The position numbers and the translations under genes were made by a program. The notes beneath the pieces are model-generated. The model was not told the origin of the DNA. It saw nothing but the letters and a program-made list of their open reading frames with translations, and did not search any database. Shown here piece after piece: positions 12,644-24,987 of a stretch of 60,809 nt of DNA. How positions within the stretch are numbered: the stretch's first letter is position 1; every line of letters starts with the position of its first letter. The stretch comes from Rozella allomycis CSF55. Lineage: Eukaryota. The stretch spans positions 1 through 60,809 of the forward strand of contig KE561370.1 of assembly GCA_000442015.1 (NCBI GenBank). Direction: 5' to 3'.

Positions 12644-13415
12644 TTATTTAACAATTTTGTTCAACTTTAAATATTCAGTGAATTCATCTATAATAACTGG
12701 CCATGCGCCCATCGGATCGTAATTGGACAGGTCTTTATCTATTGTTTCGATGAAATCCAGTAAAAGGTTCCAAGAATCTCGCGAGATACTCTTTTTATGA
12801 TTTTCTCTGACAAATGTACACCAATGTTCCAGCCAGATAAACTTGTTCGGTAATAGTAATTCCCACAGAGCAAGTGCCATGTCCAAACTAAGACTCTTTT
12901 GGCCTTCTTCTCGGCCAAAGTCAAATGAAAATTTGTAAATGCCTTCGAAATCCGATTGATTTTCTAGCTGCCTTCTCATAGCTGGAAAAGCCTCTTTCAT
13001 TTGCTCTATTGTTTCGCATCCTTTTTCGGACCAGAACCTTAGAAAATCTTCTCTTTTAAATTCACACATTTTTTGTGCATGAATATTGTATGAGAATACT
13101 ATCATGACAACATCCATAGGATCTATTTCAAGGTCGTTACAGTACTTTTCAATTCCATCTGCGAGTATGGCGTCTTCTTCAGAATCTCTGTATGTATCGA
13201 AGAGCTTTTCTAACTTTGTAGTATCTATCTTGACTTTTTTAGGTTTTTCTGATGCGAAATATTCATTGACAGCAGCGTTGAGGTTCCAGTCAAAATTCTT
13301 CAAGTATTTACGAGCAACAGATTTGCTAAGTATTAAATAATAAATAAGAGTACTTGGCTTGGGTGATGCCGATAAATTCTTCGATTACTTCTCGCTCTTT
13401 TGCAGGAGTCTTCAT
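12644..13415 (-). CDS. DCN1: Defective in cullin neddylation protein 1 (UBA + PONY domain)
   Basis: WNLNAAVNEYF, DGIEKYCNDL.IDP, GQKSLSLDMA.ALW, ISRDSWNLLLDF, YDPMGAWPVIIDEF; one short 5' intron. Confidence 0.95.
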
Positions 13416-13502
13416 CTTTGAAATTTCCAGGTTTACGAAGTTCAGGTTTACTTAAACTGACTCCACAAATGAAAATAAAAAATATTAGCAGGAATTAATT
13501 TA

Positions 13503-15539
13503 TTAATAGTTTAGCTTGTCTAAAAGAAAGGTATTTTCTAATGCCTTGTTTGAAATTGATGACATGTCGGCATGAGAATCATTCTCTTTCCACAGCCAAT
13601 GCACAAATGTCTCGACTTTGGAACTTTTGCTTAATGATTTTAACGATGCTCTTTTTTTCAATACCCATTCTTCTGCACATTTGAAGTCAACCCTTTTATC
13701 ATTCAAGCTAGCAGTGACCAATAAATTTATATCTTTTTGAGCATTTGGTTTGAAACCACGACACACAATAGGTATATTTAGAAGAGGAGACAATTCTTTA
13801 AGGTTCTCTTTATCTTTTATGTTTCTAGTTGGATCCCCAAATTCTGAATAGTCGAGCGTTGAAAGTGAATGCTTCTCATCCATCAACATAGCATGCGGAT
13901 CTAGAAATGGACACCTGAGAATCAAACATCGAAACAAAAATGGATGAAGGTTGTGCAAAGCACCTAAATTCATATATAATGAAAATTAGGTACCGAATGT
14001 GAAACCTCCTGCACTAACCCCTATCCCACACAAAGTGTTTTCGTTGCATATTTTATTTTCTTTTATTAAATCCAGTGAAACTGCCTCTAAGTCTTTTACA
14101 GAATTAATTTTGTTTTTCGTCACAGCAGATTGATGCCATGAACGACCCTTGTCTCCACCACCCCTGTTTACCAGAAATTTAACCGGTACCTTATGTGTGC
14201 TAAAGCTATAGACATTCCGTTTTGGAGCAAATGCGCGTTTTGAATTTTGAAATCAGCGTTTAGAGGAACACCGTAACAGCCATAAGCATTCAGCAATGCA
14301 CCCTTCAATGATTTTTCCAGGGGTTTAATAATAGTAACAGGAATCTCAACATCGCCGTTAAAAACCGATTTCGTTTCAATTTTTGCATTTATTCTTTTTA
14401 GATGAAATATTCCTTTTACATTTCTTTTACATCATTGAGATTTGAGACTTCTTTGGTAATGAAATTGTAGTTCATTTCAACGGGTGGGCAGATAGGAGAT
14501 TCCCAAGTAAAGTTGTAAGAAGAAGCCTCATGGTCCTTTTTACAAGAAATGAAATTATTTTACAATGTTCACCCCGGATGTTATTTTTGAAGGCACATCT
14601 GGTGTTTGAACAATAATTTTCTCTAAAGTTTCCATGTTTACGTGAACCAACCGGGGATAAGCATTAATTTTTACAGTTAACATTAAATGACCCTCTTGAA
14701 GCTTTGTTAGATCTTTACATTAAACAACTCAGCATCGTCTACAGGATTCTCTGCATAAATAGTTTCCCATCTATTAAAGTCCGTTCTAGACACTTGAAAG
14801 TCGCCCTTCTGATCACAATGAAGGACAATAAATTCATCCAAAAAAATCAAAGAAATTATTTTACTTTATAACTTTCAATGTAATATTCCCCCCTTTCCGA
14901 TAAATTCAATTTGACGGGGGTTTCCCATGGGCTATTAGCATCCACCAAACAGATCTCGTTGCTATTTCGTGTGTTTTTATGTATTAATATAAATTTCTTT
15001 TATAATTTATAAAAATTTATACATTGTTTTTGGTAATTGACACGTCAACGACAAAACAATCGTCTTTTGTTTCAAATATTAGTAAATCTTTTTCATTTGA
15101 TCCCACTTTATGTAAATAAACTTGATAGGGTTGTATCAAACCTTCTTTTTGCTTTGTATATACTAAATATTCATCTAAACCGCTCCAAACAGCATTATAC
15201 ACATTCTGGATTTCATAAGACTATATTATTTAAAAGAATTATCAGATACCTGTTGTGCATTAAAGTTGTATACGCACAAGCATTTCTTTTCATTCTTGTC
15301 AGTTGCGATCATTCCTATGTAGTTGTGCTTTGGAGAGAAAATTAACTTTTCTGTATATTTATCTTTCAACAAACGGCTACTATCAAATTTTTCTTTCTAT
15401 TAAGTACATGACTTTCTTTTACAACACCGTTATTTAAGTTAATTCTACGCAAACATGAATCAAGATACTCATATTCAAAGTGACTTAACCTTGTCTTGAT
15501 ATTGACTTTTGAAAAATAATTATCTTGCATTCTAAGCAT
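13503..15539 (-). CDS. Prolyl oligopeptidase family S9A (oligopeptidase B/PREPL-like), spliced
   Basis: LNAYGCYG, GGGDKGRSWH, GVSAGG (catalytic Ser), PFLDP, EFGDP, NDKRV (Asp), DSH (His). Confidence 0.85.
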
Positions 15540-15738
15540 TGCCTACTTTTCTGGCGATTATATTGCTACCTGAAAGTTCTCTTTCAAAGGAGTATCTATC
15601 TTGTCCAAGTAGTCCAATGAAAATTTGCAGACATCCTACAAAAATGTCAATATTATATAATACTGGCTGTTTCTTGAAAAATTTATCCAGTCTCCTTAAA
15701 AGGCGCATTTAATCCTTAAACCTAGCCACTGATAAAAA

Positions 15739-16620
15739 ATGAATTTGCTAGTCCTGCTATATCTATTATTTATTGTTAGAGCCAGCCCCATTTCTGAAAA
15801 CGATCTATTTAAAGATGTAAAAATGGTTCATACAACATCTGATTATGCCTACAAAAGTATCGTAAAGGATCTCACTCTACGTGGGTCACCAGAGTGGAAA
15901 GTGCCTAAACTTGCTAACATCAAGCTCATTTGGACAATGGTATTGGAAAAAGGACATAGGCCTTGCTGTTCCAAAATTGGATCTCGTGGAATCGACGTGG
16001 CACAATTTCTAGCAAAGGATGAGGAATTGTTTATTTATCATGTCAACACCAATCTTGGATCTTACCATACCTTTCGTAATTATATATTAGTACGTGGGCC
16101 CCGCAGGATTCGTGACTTGAAGAAGCTCGGCGCAATTGAAGGCTATGATGTTCCTCTCTGGAGCTCATCTTCCGATGAATCTCTTTTGTCATTCTTTAGA
16201 AACGAAATGCAAAGAAAAGACGATATTCCAGATTCTCATGCCAACAAAAGACTTCATCTGCATTTGGCTATCGATGCCAATGAAATTCCATTGAATCTTG
16301 AGAAGTTGATTAAAACTGCAAGTATTGATGATAAGAAAATTATACTTGACATTCATCCCGAATCAAATAAAAAAGAAAAAGATGAAATCGATAACCTAAT
16401 GAGTGCAATGGAGAAGATTGATCTTAACAAAGTTAACAAACCCGATAACCAACTCGAATCTAAAGATTTAAAGGCTGAAACCTCAAACGAGCAAGAGGGA
16501 AATAATAATGAGGATAAGAAGGTCGAAATGGTAAACAGTTCTACCTCCACTCAACGCGGACTCTTAATGCGCAAAGTAGAAGGGCGTGAACATGAAGTTG
16601 AAACACCTAAAGAGCAATAA
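15739..16620 (+). CDS. Secreted lineage-specific protein (candidate effector)
   Basis: Signal peptide MNLLVLLYLLFIVRA|SP; intronless; paralog at ~19925-20525. Confidence 0.75.
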   Translation: MNLLVLLYLLFIVRASPISENDLFKDVKMVHTTSDYAYKSIVKDLTLRGSPEWKVPKLANIKLIWTMVLEKGHRPCCSKIGSRGIDVAQFLAKDEELFIYHVNTNLGSYHTFRNYILVRGPRRIRDLKKLGAIEGYDVPLWSSSSDESLLSFFRNEMQRKDDIPDSHANKRLHLHLAIDANEIPLNLEKLIKTASIDDKKIILDIHPESNKKEKDEIDNLMSAMEKIDLNKVNKPDNQLESKDLKAETSNEQEGNNNEDKKVEMVNSSTSTQRGLLMRKVEGREHEVETPKEQ

Positions 16621-16852
16621 CTCATATCTGCATTTTTCATTACAATAAAATCAACACTAGTTAAATTGATAATTGTCTTTTTTAAAAAAATTAAAGATTT
16701 TTAAGAATTAAATAATTTAATCACATGTTTTCTTGAATGAATGTTTGTAAACTCTAATTCTATCCAGTGGACCACTAGTCAATAGAACACATTATAAGCC
16801 GTTGTGCATTGAACGGGTGTGTAAAATAAGGTCTTTTCCGCAAACAAAAGTA

Positions 16853-18182
16853 ATGAAATATTTATGTATTCAAAATGACTCTGAAATTGTAGTTAATATG
16901 ATAGTGGCTTGGTGGTTATATGATATTTCTCGGATCATTCCAGGTTTCTTTTCACCCTATTAAAGGGAACACTATAGATTGGATAAATGCGCACGAAAGT
17001 AAAATTTAAAAAAATTCAGTTTTAGCAAAACTAATTCATGGATTGAATGGAATTGAATACAATGTTCTACCATCCGGTTGCCATCACATACATAATGATA
17101 TCATTATTTCTGCGCTTAACGCTGATAACGAGGACGATGAAATTGATATTTACTACTCTATATCTCTATTTAAAAGACGCGATGTAACAAGAGACCCACG
17201 AACAGAAATTATTTACAGATCGCTAGGAGTAATTGTAACTCAATCCGCGCCTTTTGGGGCGATAGCAAAAGAATTAGAGTCTATCAATATGTAAATTAAG
17301 ACATCTACAGATTTTAGAGACATTTTCTCAGACGAAAGCAAAGGTCCGCATCTGGCGTCAATTTTTAACCATTCATATCAGATCAATGAAGACACTACAG
17401 AAAATGCGATACAAAGATTAAGCAACAAAAGAAATCTAATGGAATTATTCAAGGCTCTTTTAACACATAAGCGTGTATTGTTTTACAGTTTAACACCACT
17501 AAAAGATACCTGCATGGAGTGTAATGTACATGAATATATGAAAGATAGTGTATGCTTTGTTTAAAGTTTTCAATTTTACTCCATGTCATAACTATTATTT
17601 GTACAATGTGAGCCTTCGCGATATTCCTTTGTTAGAGAAGAGAAAATTTTACGTTGCGTGTATAAAAAATATCAATTCTCATGAAAGGCACTTCCGAGAA
17701 ATTGCTAGTTGAAAAATCACATCTATTCGATATTTTGGTTGATTGCGTTTCAGGCAAGGTCACGAACTCAATGGGCGTCACTCTCAAGACAAGACGAAAA
17801 GATCTAAAGTTTCTTGGAGCCAAAACACCGCGAACAAAAAGATTTACTATTTTTAAACAAACGAGAGTGTTTCCGGCTGATTTAAATCCATACACTAAAC
17901 TGCAGCACCAAGAAGACGAAAACTTAAGCTTAATAAGAAAGTAAGAAAGTGGTTAAAAGTTATATCAGCCAATTTCAAAAGCTTTCACTTGAATTGCTAT
18001 CATTAATGAAATTGCAAAATCACAAAACCATCAATGACAAAGTACTACGTGAAATCAAATCCCTAAATAATTCATTTGCGGATTTAAATTTCTTTCAAGA
18101 CTTTTGCAAGGTTAATAATCTTAATGTTGAATTCGACGCGAAATTGTTTAAGAAACGTTTTTGGTTCCCGCTTTGCTGTTAA
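16853..18182 (+). CDS. DENN-type protein of the DENND11/LCHN (DUF2347) family, spliced
   Basis: IVA.F.HPIKGNTIDW, LNGIEYNVLPSGCHHIHND, LFKALL..KRVLFYS; ends in WFPLCC. Confidence 0.75.
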
Positions 18183-18287
18183 AAATAAAGTACTATTTTG
18201 ATTTTATGCTTTATTGGTCAAATATTAATTAATTTGAAGAAAATCACGTAATTTTATCCACGATTTTCTTTTCATTTTTCGCTACCA

Positions 18288-19514
18288 TTATTCCGCCCAT
18301 GATGGAATCGACGCTTCAGCTTCATAGGGACCCAATTTGTATTTAAGGGCATGAAGTAGAATTGGCTTCTTTTGAACAGCGTTCTTTTTGTTACGATATT
18401 TAATCATAACTTCTGGGTTATCAGGGGCTGGATATTCAAAGTCTTCCCATTGCTCTTCGATCTCATCATTTATTATCGCAAGAGTTTCATTTTGCTCCTC
18501 GAATGTCAGTCCATTTCTTCCCATTTTCTGTCCAAAATATATTTGGTTTGCATAAATATGATCATTAACGATTGGAAATCCCAAATATTGCAGATGGACA
18601 CGAATTTGATGTGTTCTGCCTGTTATCGGCTCACAATGCACCTTTCACAAAGTACACATTTTCTTACCAAAGAGGTTCCATCATTGAAAGTTTTCAACTT
18701 GCGAAATTTTGTGACAGAAAATTTTCCCTCATCGCTTGCAAAGGCAACCTTGTCCCTAATTAGTAGTGGTTTGTCGCAAGTTATTTGATAACTATCCTAG
18801 CAAACACGTCTTAATTACCTTGGAAAAGCTCCATAAACACGACATATATACTCCTTTCTCGTCTCATTTGTTCCAAGCAAGTCAGTCAATTCCCGGCACA
18901 TTAAACTAGATTTACTAACAAACATTATTCCCGAAACCATCAAATCTAGTCTATTGACTAGTTGACTTGCGAATACATTAATTACTAAATCTAACTTCAT
19001 CCCAACCCAGCCCTTCCTTTACGATTTGTTTCAAGGTATTATACCGGTAAATACCAACCGGATGCACTGGTATTGTTGGCCATTTTTCAATAGCAATCAA
19101 GTTATCGTTTATGTATTGAACACGCAGGGAGCCAGTGAAATCTACTTCAGGTTCAGCCATCCAATGTCGATGGGTTATAATTTCACCAGACTTCAAATTT
19201 CGCTCACTTTTGCAACGCTGAAGATTGACCTTTAGTAAACCTAAGTTTGTACAAGAGTCCTTTCTATCAGTAATTAGTGATTTTTACTATATATTCTCCT
19301 GATAAAGACTTGAATTCACTTGTCGTGGCATCTTTAAGATTCTTTCCCTTCATTCTTTCTTTAACTGTGATAATATCCGTGAAAATGTAGGGCTCAATTT
19401 TCCTTTTACCATTCCAAAATGCTATTATCATTTACCATTAGAAACGCTAACTCTAATTTTTGGGTTGATTTCATTGAAAATAACTTCTTTAATCTTGCTG
19501 ATTGTTAATGGCAT
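18288..19514 (-). CDS. RluA-family pseudouridine synthase (Rib2/Pus9-like), spliced
   Basis: [21 protein letters not shown] (catalytic Asp), [35 protein letters not shown]. Confidence 0.93.
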
Positions 19515-19924
19515 AATGACATAAATTTCAAGGGGAAAGTTCAGAAAATTATCAAAACTAGTAGGAACCTAAATTAGGCAACAAAAGAAAGTAAAGAAGA
19601 ATAAAAAGAGGAATGAGTAGAAAGAGTCGGTTGAAACGCTTAAGTCGATGGTTTTAACTTTAAGAAAGAATATTTGGACGATGTCCAAACCAGACGAGAT
19701 TCGAGAAGAAAAGTATTTACTTGGATAAAGGGAATACGCAAAATTGTCTTTGAGATATAAATAAATTATTAAATCAGGGGAAGATTGAAATGAATATTAA
19801 GATTCAAGCCTGATTTACCATACCATCCCCCAGAAGTCAGGGTTTTTAATGAGATACTAAAGAGCCTACGTCTACTGAGAAGTCGATTTTATAAGTCGAT
19901 AAAAAGTTAATGAGTACTTCAAGT

Positions 19925-20525
19925 ATGAAGTTAATAAAACATCACTTCGATTTTTATAGTATGTTGTACAGTTAACTGGAGCACTGTTGCAAATGATGAA
20001 AACCTGGAGTTAGGAATTCTATGACTTGGTTTATGGCAATAACAAGAATCTGAAATTTAAAATGGGTGATGACATATCCATCTCTCGAGAATCGCTATAT
20101 TCAAATCATAAAAAATACGTCAATACCAACCTGGGTTCAGTCCACAAATTTGCAAATTATATATTGATATTTGGGGATGAAAGGGTTCTTGCATTGGAGA
20201 AATTACGCGTCATTAAACCTTCTTGTAATCCTCCTTGGCTTTCTTCGTCCAGTGAATCGCTTTGGTTGTTCTTTGCACTTGAAAGGCAAAGAATAGAAAA
20301 TATTGAAGTTCCTGAATCTCATTCTAATGAAAGCCTTCATTTCCATTTAGCAATTGATGCGAAGAGATCCCATTGAATCTTGATACGCTAATTAAAACCA
20401 CGAGTATCTTCAATAAGAAAATCATTTTTGGTATTCATCCGGATTCAAATAAAGAAGAAGATGATATGGAAAATTTAATGTCTAGCATTGAGAAAATTGA
20501 TCTAAACAAGCCCACTAAAATGTAA
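19925..20525 (+). pseudogene. Frameshifted paralog of the secreted protein at 15739
   Basis: VNTNLGS.H.F.NYIL, SSSSESL..FF..E.QR, H.HLAIDA; a 1-nt frameshift near 20365, then EIPLNL..LIKT..IHP.SNK..NLMS..EKIDLNK. The signal peptide region is also frameshifted. Confidence 0.8.
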
Positions 20526-21054
20526 AGCCCCTAAATGTGCAATGCAAATTTGATAATTATGTTTCAAAGGCCGCAGGTGGCTCCAATTTTTTTCGTCATA
20601 CGAAAAATTTAAATCAAAAAAATCCCTCATCCCACCAAAGGCAAAAGCATTACGTTTTCAGCTTTAATAAAACAGACCAAACTTTATTTAGTTTGTAAAT
20701 TGCTTAAAAAATGACCAGATTTCTTGAATGAACACTTGAGAATTTTTTCAATTGTCAATTGACGATAATGGTATACTTGAATTTTTTGATCCATCACATT
20801 TATCTGAATATTTTTAGTTCCAATATTGAAAAAATAATCAAATTCAATTAAATATTTCAAAAACCTGAGTTGATGCAAAGATCTCTTGAATCTATCGACT
20901 GACCCGGGATGATTGACCAACGCAATATTTGCCTTTATCAGCAAGTAACACAAACCTAAATGCCAAATGTTTACCACGAAAATCAATAGCGGCTTGATAA
21001 AATGTTTCTATTTTTACCATCGTCTAGGAAACTCCCCGCATTTACAAATCCCTT

Positions 21055-22034
21055 ATGACTAACATCCACCAAATACAAAAAGAGCAACGCGAAAAGATTG
21101 AAATAACAGTGAAACACCTACTTTCAGTTGTCCCTTCCAGTAGGATGCCCCAATTAGCTGTTATATGTGGGTCCGGTCTTTCCGGCTTGAGTGAGACGCT
21201 TAAAGAGCCCATTGTGTTAGACTACAAGACTATTCCAAACTTTTCAACCAACACAGGTAATTTCACGCTGTTAATGGTAGCCTAGTGGCTGGACATTCAG
21301 GAAAGCTAGTATTTGGGTTTCTGCAGAATATCCCTACGGTGTGTATGGTGGGACGCTTCCATTTCTATGAAGGACATTCGCTATTTAATGTGACCTTTCC
21401 TGTTAGAGTGTTTGCGAAACTCGGAGTTAAAGCTATGGTAGTGACCAATGCTGCTGGCGGGCTGAATCCCAACTTTAACACGGGTGACATTATGATCGTA
21501 AGAAATGTTATTTTGTTGAATTAGATAAAAGATCATATCAATATGCCGGGTTTGGCTGGAAATAATCCACTTATCGGTGTGAACCACGATGACTTTGGAC
21601 CAAGATTTCCTGCCTTGACAGATGCGTATGATGATGAAATGTCAAATATTATGCAACAATCAGCCAGAAAGTGTGGATTGACTTCGAATGTCATTAGATC
21701 GGGAGTGTATTGTTTTGTAGCTGGAGTAAAGGATTTGTGGTTTGTAGAGTAGCCTTCCTATGAAAGTAAAGCGGAAGCGAGAATGCTAAAAAGTTTTGGA
21801 GGAGATGCAGTGGGCATGTCAACTGTCCCGGAAGTCATTATTGCGAGACATTGTGGAATTCGAGTTGTTGGACTTTCTTTGATCACGAATAAAGTGATCA
21901 CCGAAGAAAAAAGTGATATTCCCAAACCTACACATGAAGAAGTATTGCAAGCGTCGCAAAATAGAGCTAGAGACATGCAAGGACTTGTTCATGAATTCGC
22001 CGGGCTATTAAAGACACAAACATTTATGATGTAA
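21055..22034 (+). CDS. PNP1: Purine nucleoside phosphorylase (trimeric type), 3 introns
   Basis: [61 protein letters not shown]. Confidence 0.97.
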
Positions 22035-22154
22035 TAAAGATCAATAGAATTTGTTATATTTTATATTTAAATACTTGATGATTTATTTAAGCCAGATAAT
22101 GATACAAAGAAGGGTCCTTTGTATCTCGCTTGAGATATTCTTTATCAATCAACG
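21729..22154 (+). repeat. Left copy of a ~400-bp direct repeat (PNP 3' end + shared 3' region + CUL4 tail)
   Basis: Aligns to 24620-24987; 22028-22154 is identical to 24861-24987 (127 bp). Confidence 0.95.
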
Positions 22155-22189
22155 GTGCAGTTATAGAACATCCCGTTGAATTAATAGCT

Positions 22190-24565
22190 TTAAATTCTTT
22201 TTAATCTTTGATAATAGGCATCCCCATAAAATGAAATGAGTTCTGGATTGCAAACGACAGCCATTTTGCTTGGTAGAGCATCATCCATCTTAAATGACCT
22301 ATCTGTGCGACATAGCATGACAAACACAAAGTCGGTTCCCTGTAAATGCGTAGTAATGGCCTGGCGCACTTTTTGATATTCAGCATCAATTAAGTTATTG
22401 GCAACCAGGGATGGAAGTTGAGATGTTTTTATCTGGAAAGTAAGAAGCAATTTCGTAGAATCAGGATCATTTAATGAGACGTACGTAAAACAATCAAACG
22501 GAGCACCAGTCCCATTTACTACACAATCACCAACAGAAAATGATGGAGCCTCGGTTATTGGGTAGCGATATGTGATGCGTCTTAATCGAATTTTGTCAAT
22601 TGAGGGAATTATAATTTCAACTTCAGATGGTATATTGATTATAGCACCCCGAAAAAATTCATGAAGAGAAATGGTTTTATAACCAAGGCACGAATACAAA
22701 GACAAGCGAAACGCAACGTAAAATTGATTAAAAGTCTCCCATTCTTGCCATCCGATATCCTTCCCAATTAAAATCTGGCTCCACAAATTTGCATATGAAT
22801 TTCCTTTTGCTCGACAAATGTGACACCAGGCAAAAATAAATGGCACTTTAACATAATACGTAAAATCATTTCTTGGCTCCAACTTTAAAAGTCCCAATGC
22901 TTCGAGATCACGAAAAGTAACATTATTTTCAACAATGGCGTGACGGTCCACTTCAATAGACAAAAATGAATACGCGATTGCCTTGGTAAACCCAGGAGTA
23001 TGCAATCTATATCTTTTGTTAATTTCAGATCGCACTTGTTGACTAATAATTTCCCAACTATTATTCATATAGTTATTTGATGTCAGGAGGGCATTGTATA
23101 GAAATTCAAAGGCGCGGCAATGACCTCCGACATCGGATATTATTTGCTTCAGTTCTCTGCCTATTGTTAAATCTGGAATTTTATATTTAAGTATACGTTC
23201 ACAAGACGTTAATGAAAGTAAAGGCAGGGGAATGTGGCATGGTGGATACATCGAATCAGTAACGATTTCGGATATCGGACCGATCACTGTTCCTGACAAA
23301 ACAGGGACAAAAAATACATCACCGGTGCCAGCCGAGGTAGTCCCAGCCCACGCAAACAATTCTCTGAATTTTATGGTGTTAAAATTATGTACCCTATTAA
23401 CCTCATCAAAGCACATGACTATGCAAGTCGTTTTCTGCCCCAATGCACTAATTAAATCACTCAACGTAAATTCTATATGGGGCCTATGTGCTAAAAATAA
23501 ACTAAAGAATTTGTAAGTGTCTTGAATTTCATATAAGATCCTTGATAGAATAATGTCTTCAATCATATTATTGGAATCTGCTGCACAAAACGCAGTATCG
23601 TTTCCAAAATTGATATTAATAAATACCGCCTTTAACAAAGCCTCTTTAAAGTTTTCTGTTTCATGCGATTCATTTAGAAATTGTTTATAAGAACTCGAGA
23701 GCTCCTGAAGAAACCTAGATTTGCCACTGCCGGGACCATCTGCAACAAACGGAATTGGGTGATGTCCCTTGTCTCTAGAACCTTTCACCCAGGCATTATA
23801 ACGTTGAGCCAAACAACTAGTCAAAACCCTAAACGAACGTTCGCGATCACAAAAAGGAAAATCTTTTCCGCTTGTATCCAACAATTCTGTAGATTTGCGT
23901 GCCATTAATGCTTTGACTACGTCGTCCAAGTGAACCTCTGCTTTGATCTTACTTTTCAAAACGCGAGACTGTGGAAACATTGCCAACAATGACGCCAAAA
24001 CTAAAATACGTTCGTTAGCATACAATTACTTTTATGATAATTATCGTCACCATCTATTAGACGAAGAAGCACAATCAAATGCTCCTCTTTCCAAGGGTAG
24101 GACCGGATTATTTCACCGGAAAGATGTTGGGCTAGTTGAGAATATAATTGTCGAGGCAGAGCATTTTTAAGCTCTTGTTCTTTTATGTTAGTTTCAAACT
24201 CCACTCTATCACCTTCAATCTTCATTAAAAGTAATGCAACATTTCGCATCAACGATTTATCAAGATTAGTAGCATCTAGATTTGCGCAGAACGTAGAGAA
24301 AAATGTGTCATGGGAAATTAGGGGCTTTACCAAAGCAATTGTGTCATTACACACGGATTCGCCATAAGCCGAAAGCATATTTTTGAGTCTGTGTTCTATG
24401 ATTTACGTTCCAAAAGAACAAATTACCGTACAAAATAAAACTACCCAAGCGGAAATCAGTACCAACTGAAATATTGAAGGAATGAAATGAAATATCATGG
24501 TCCAAGGTTTTAATTTCTTTGATGACCTTCAACAAGCTCTTACTTTTACGCGATGGACTCGACAT
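22190..24565 (-). CDS. Crinkler/RHS-type protein: P-loop NTPase + C-terminal PD-(D/E)xK nuclease-like domain (~771 aa, 2 introns)
   Basis: Walker A DGPGSGKS, Walker B MCFDEV, DVGGHCRAFE, WQEWETF, NGTGAPFD..FQIK. Removing introns 24396-24426 and 24001-24029 joins three ORFs in frame. Confidence 0.8.
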
Positions 24566-24619
24566 TTACCAGGGTGTCTTAGCCTAAACCTAAAAATAGT
24601 TTAATTTAATATTAACTTC

Positions 24620-24987
24620 AAGGATTTTTATTTTTAGAGACTAGAGTAGCCTTTTTATGAAATTGAAGCGGCAGCAAGAATACTGAAAAGTTATGCAGTC
24701 CCAGAAGTCATTATTGCGAGACAAGACAATGAGGAATTCGACTTTGATTACGAATAACGTGATCATCGAGGAGAAGAGTGATATTCCAAGAAGTATTGCA
24801 AGCGTTGCAAAATAGACCTAGAGATAAGAGACATGGGCTATTAAGGACACAAACATTTACGATGTAATAAAGATCAATAGAATTTGTTATATTTTATATT
24901 TAAATACTTGATGATTTATTTAAGCCAGATAATGATACAAAGAAGGGTCCTTTGTATCTCGCTTGAGATATTCTTTATCAATCAACG
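24620..24987 (+). repeat. Right copy of the direct repeat (decayed PNP 3' end, intact CUL4 tail)
   Basis: Eroded match to the last PNP intron and exon (tagagtagcc..gaagtcattattgcgagaca..aagtattgcaagcg), then 127 bp of perfect identity. Confidence 0.95.

Noticed and set aside
20600..21000. 100-aa minus-strand ORF or possible pseudogene
   Set aside because: Non-ATG start and no recognisable motif.
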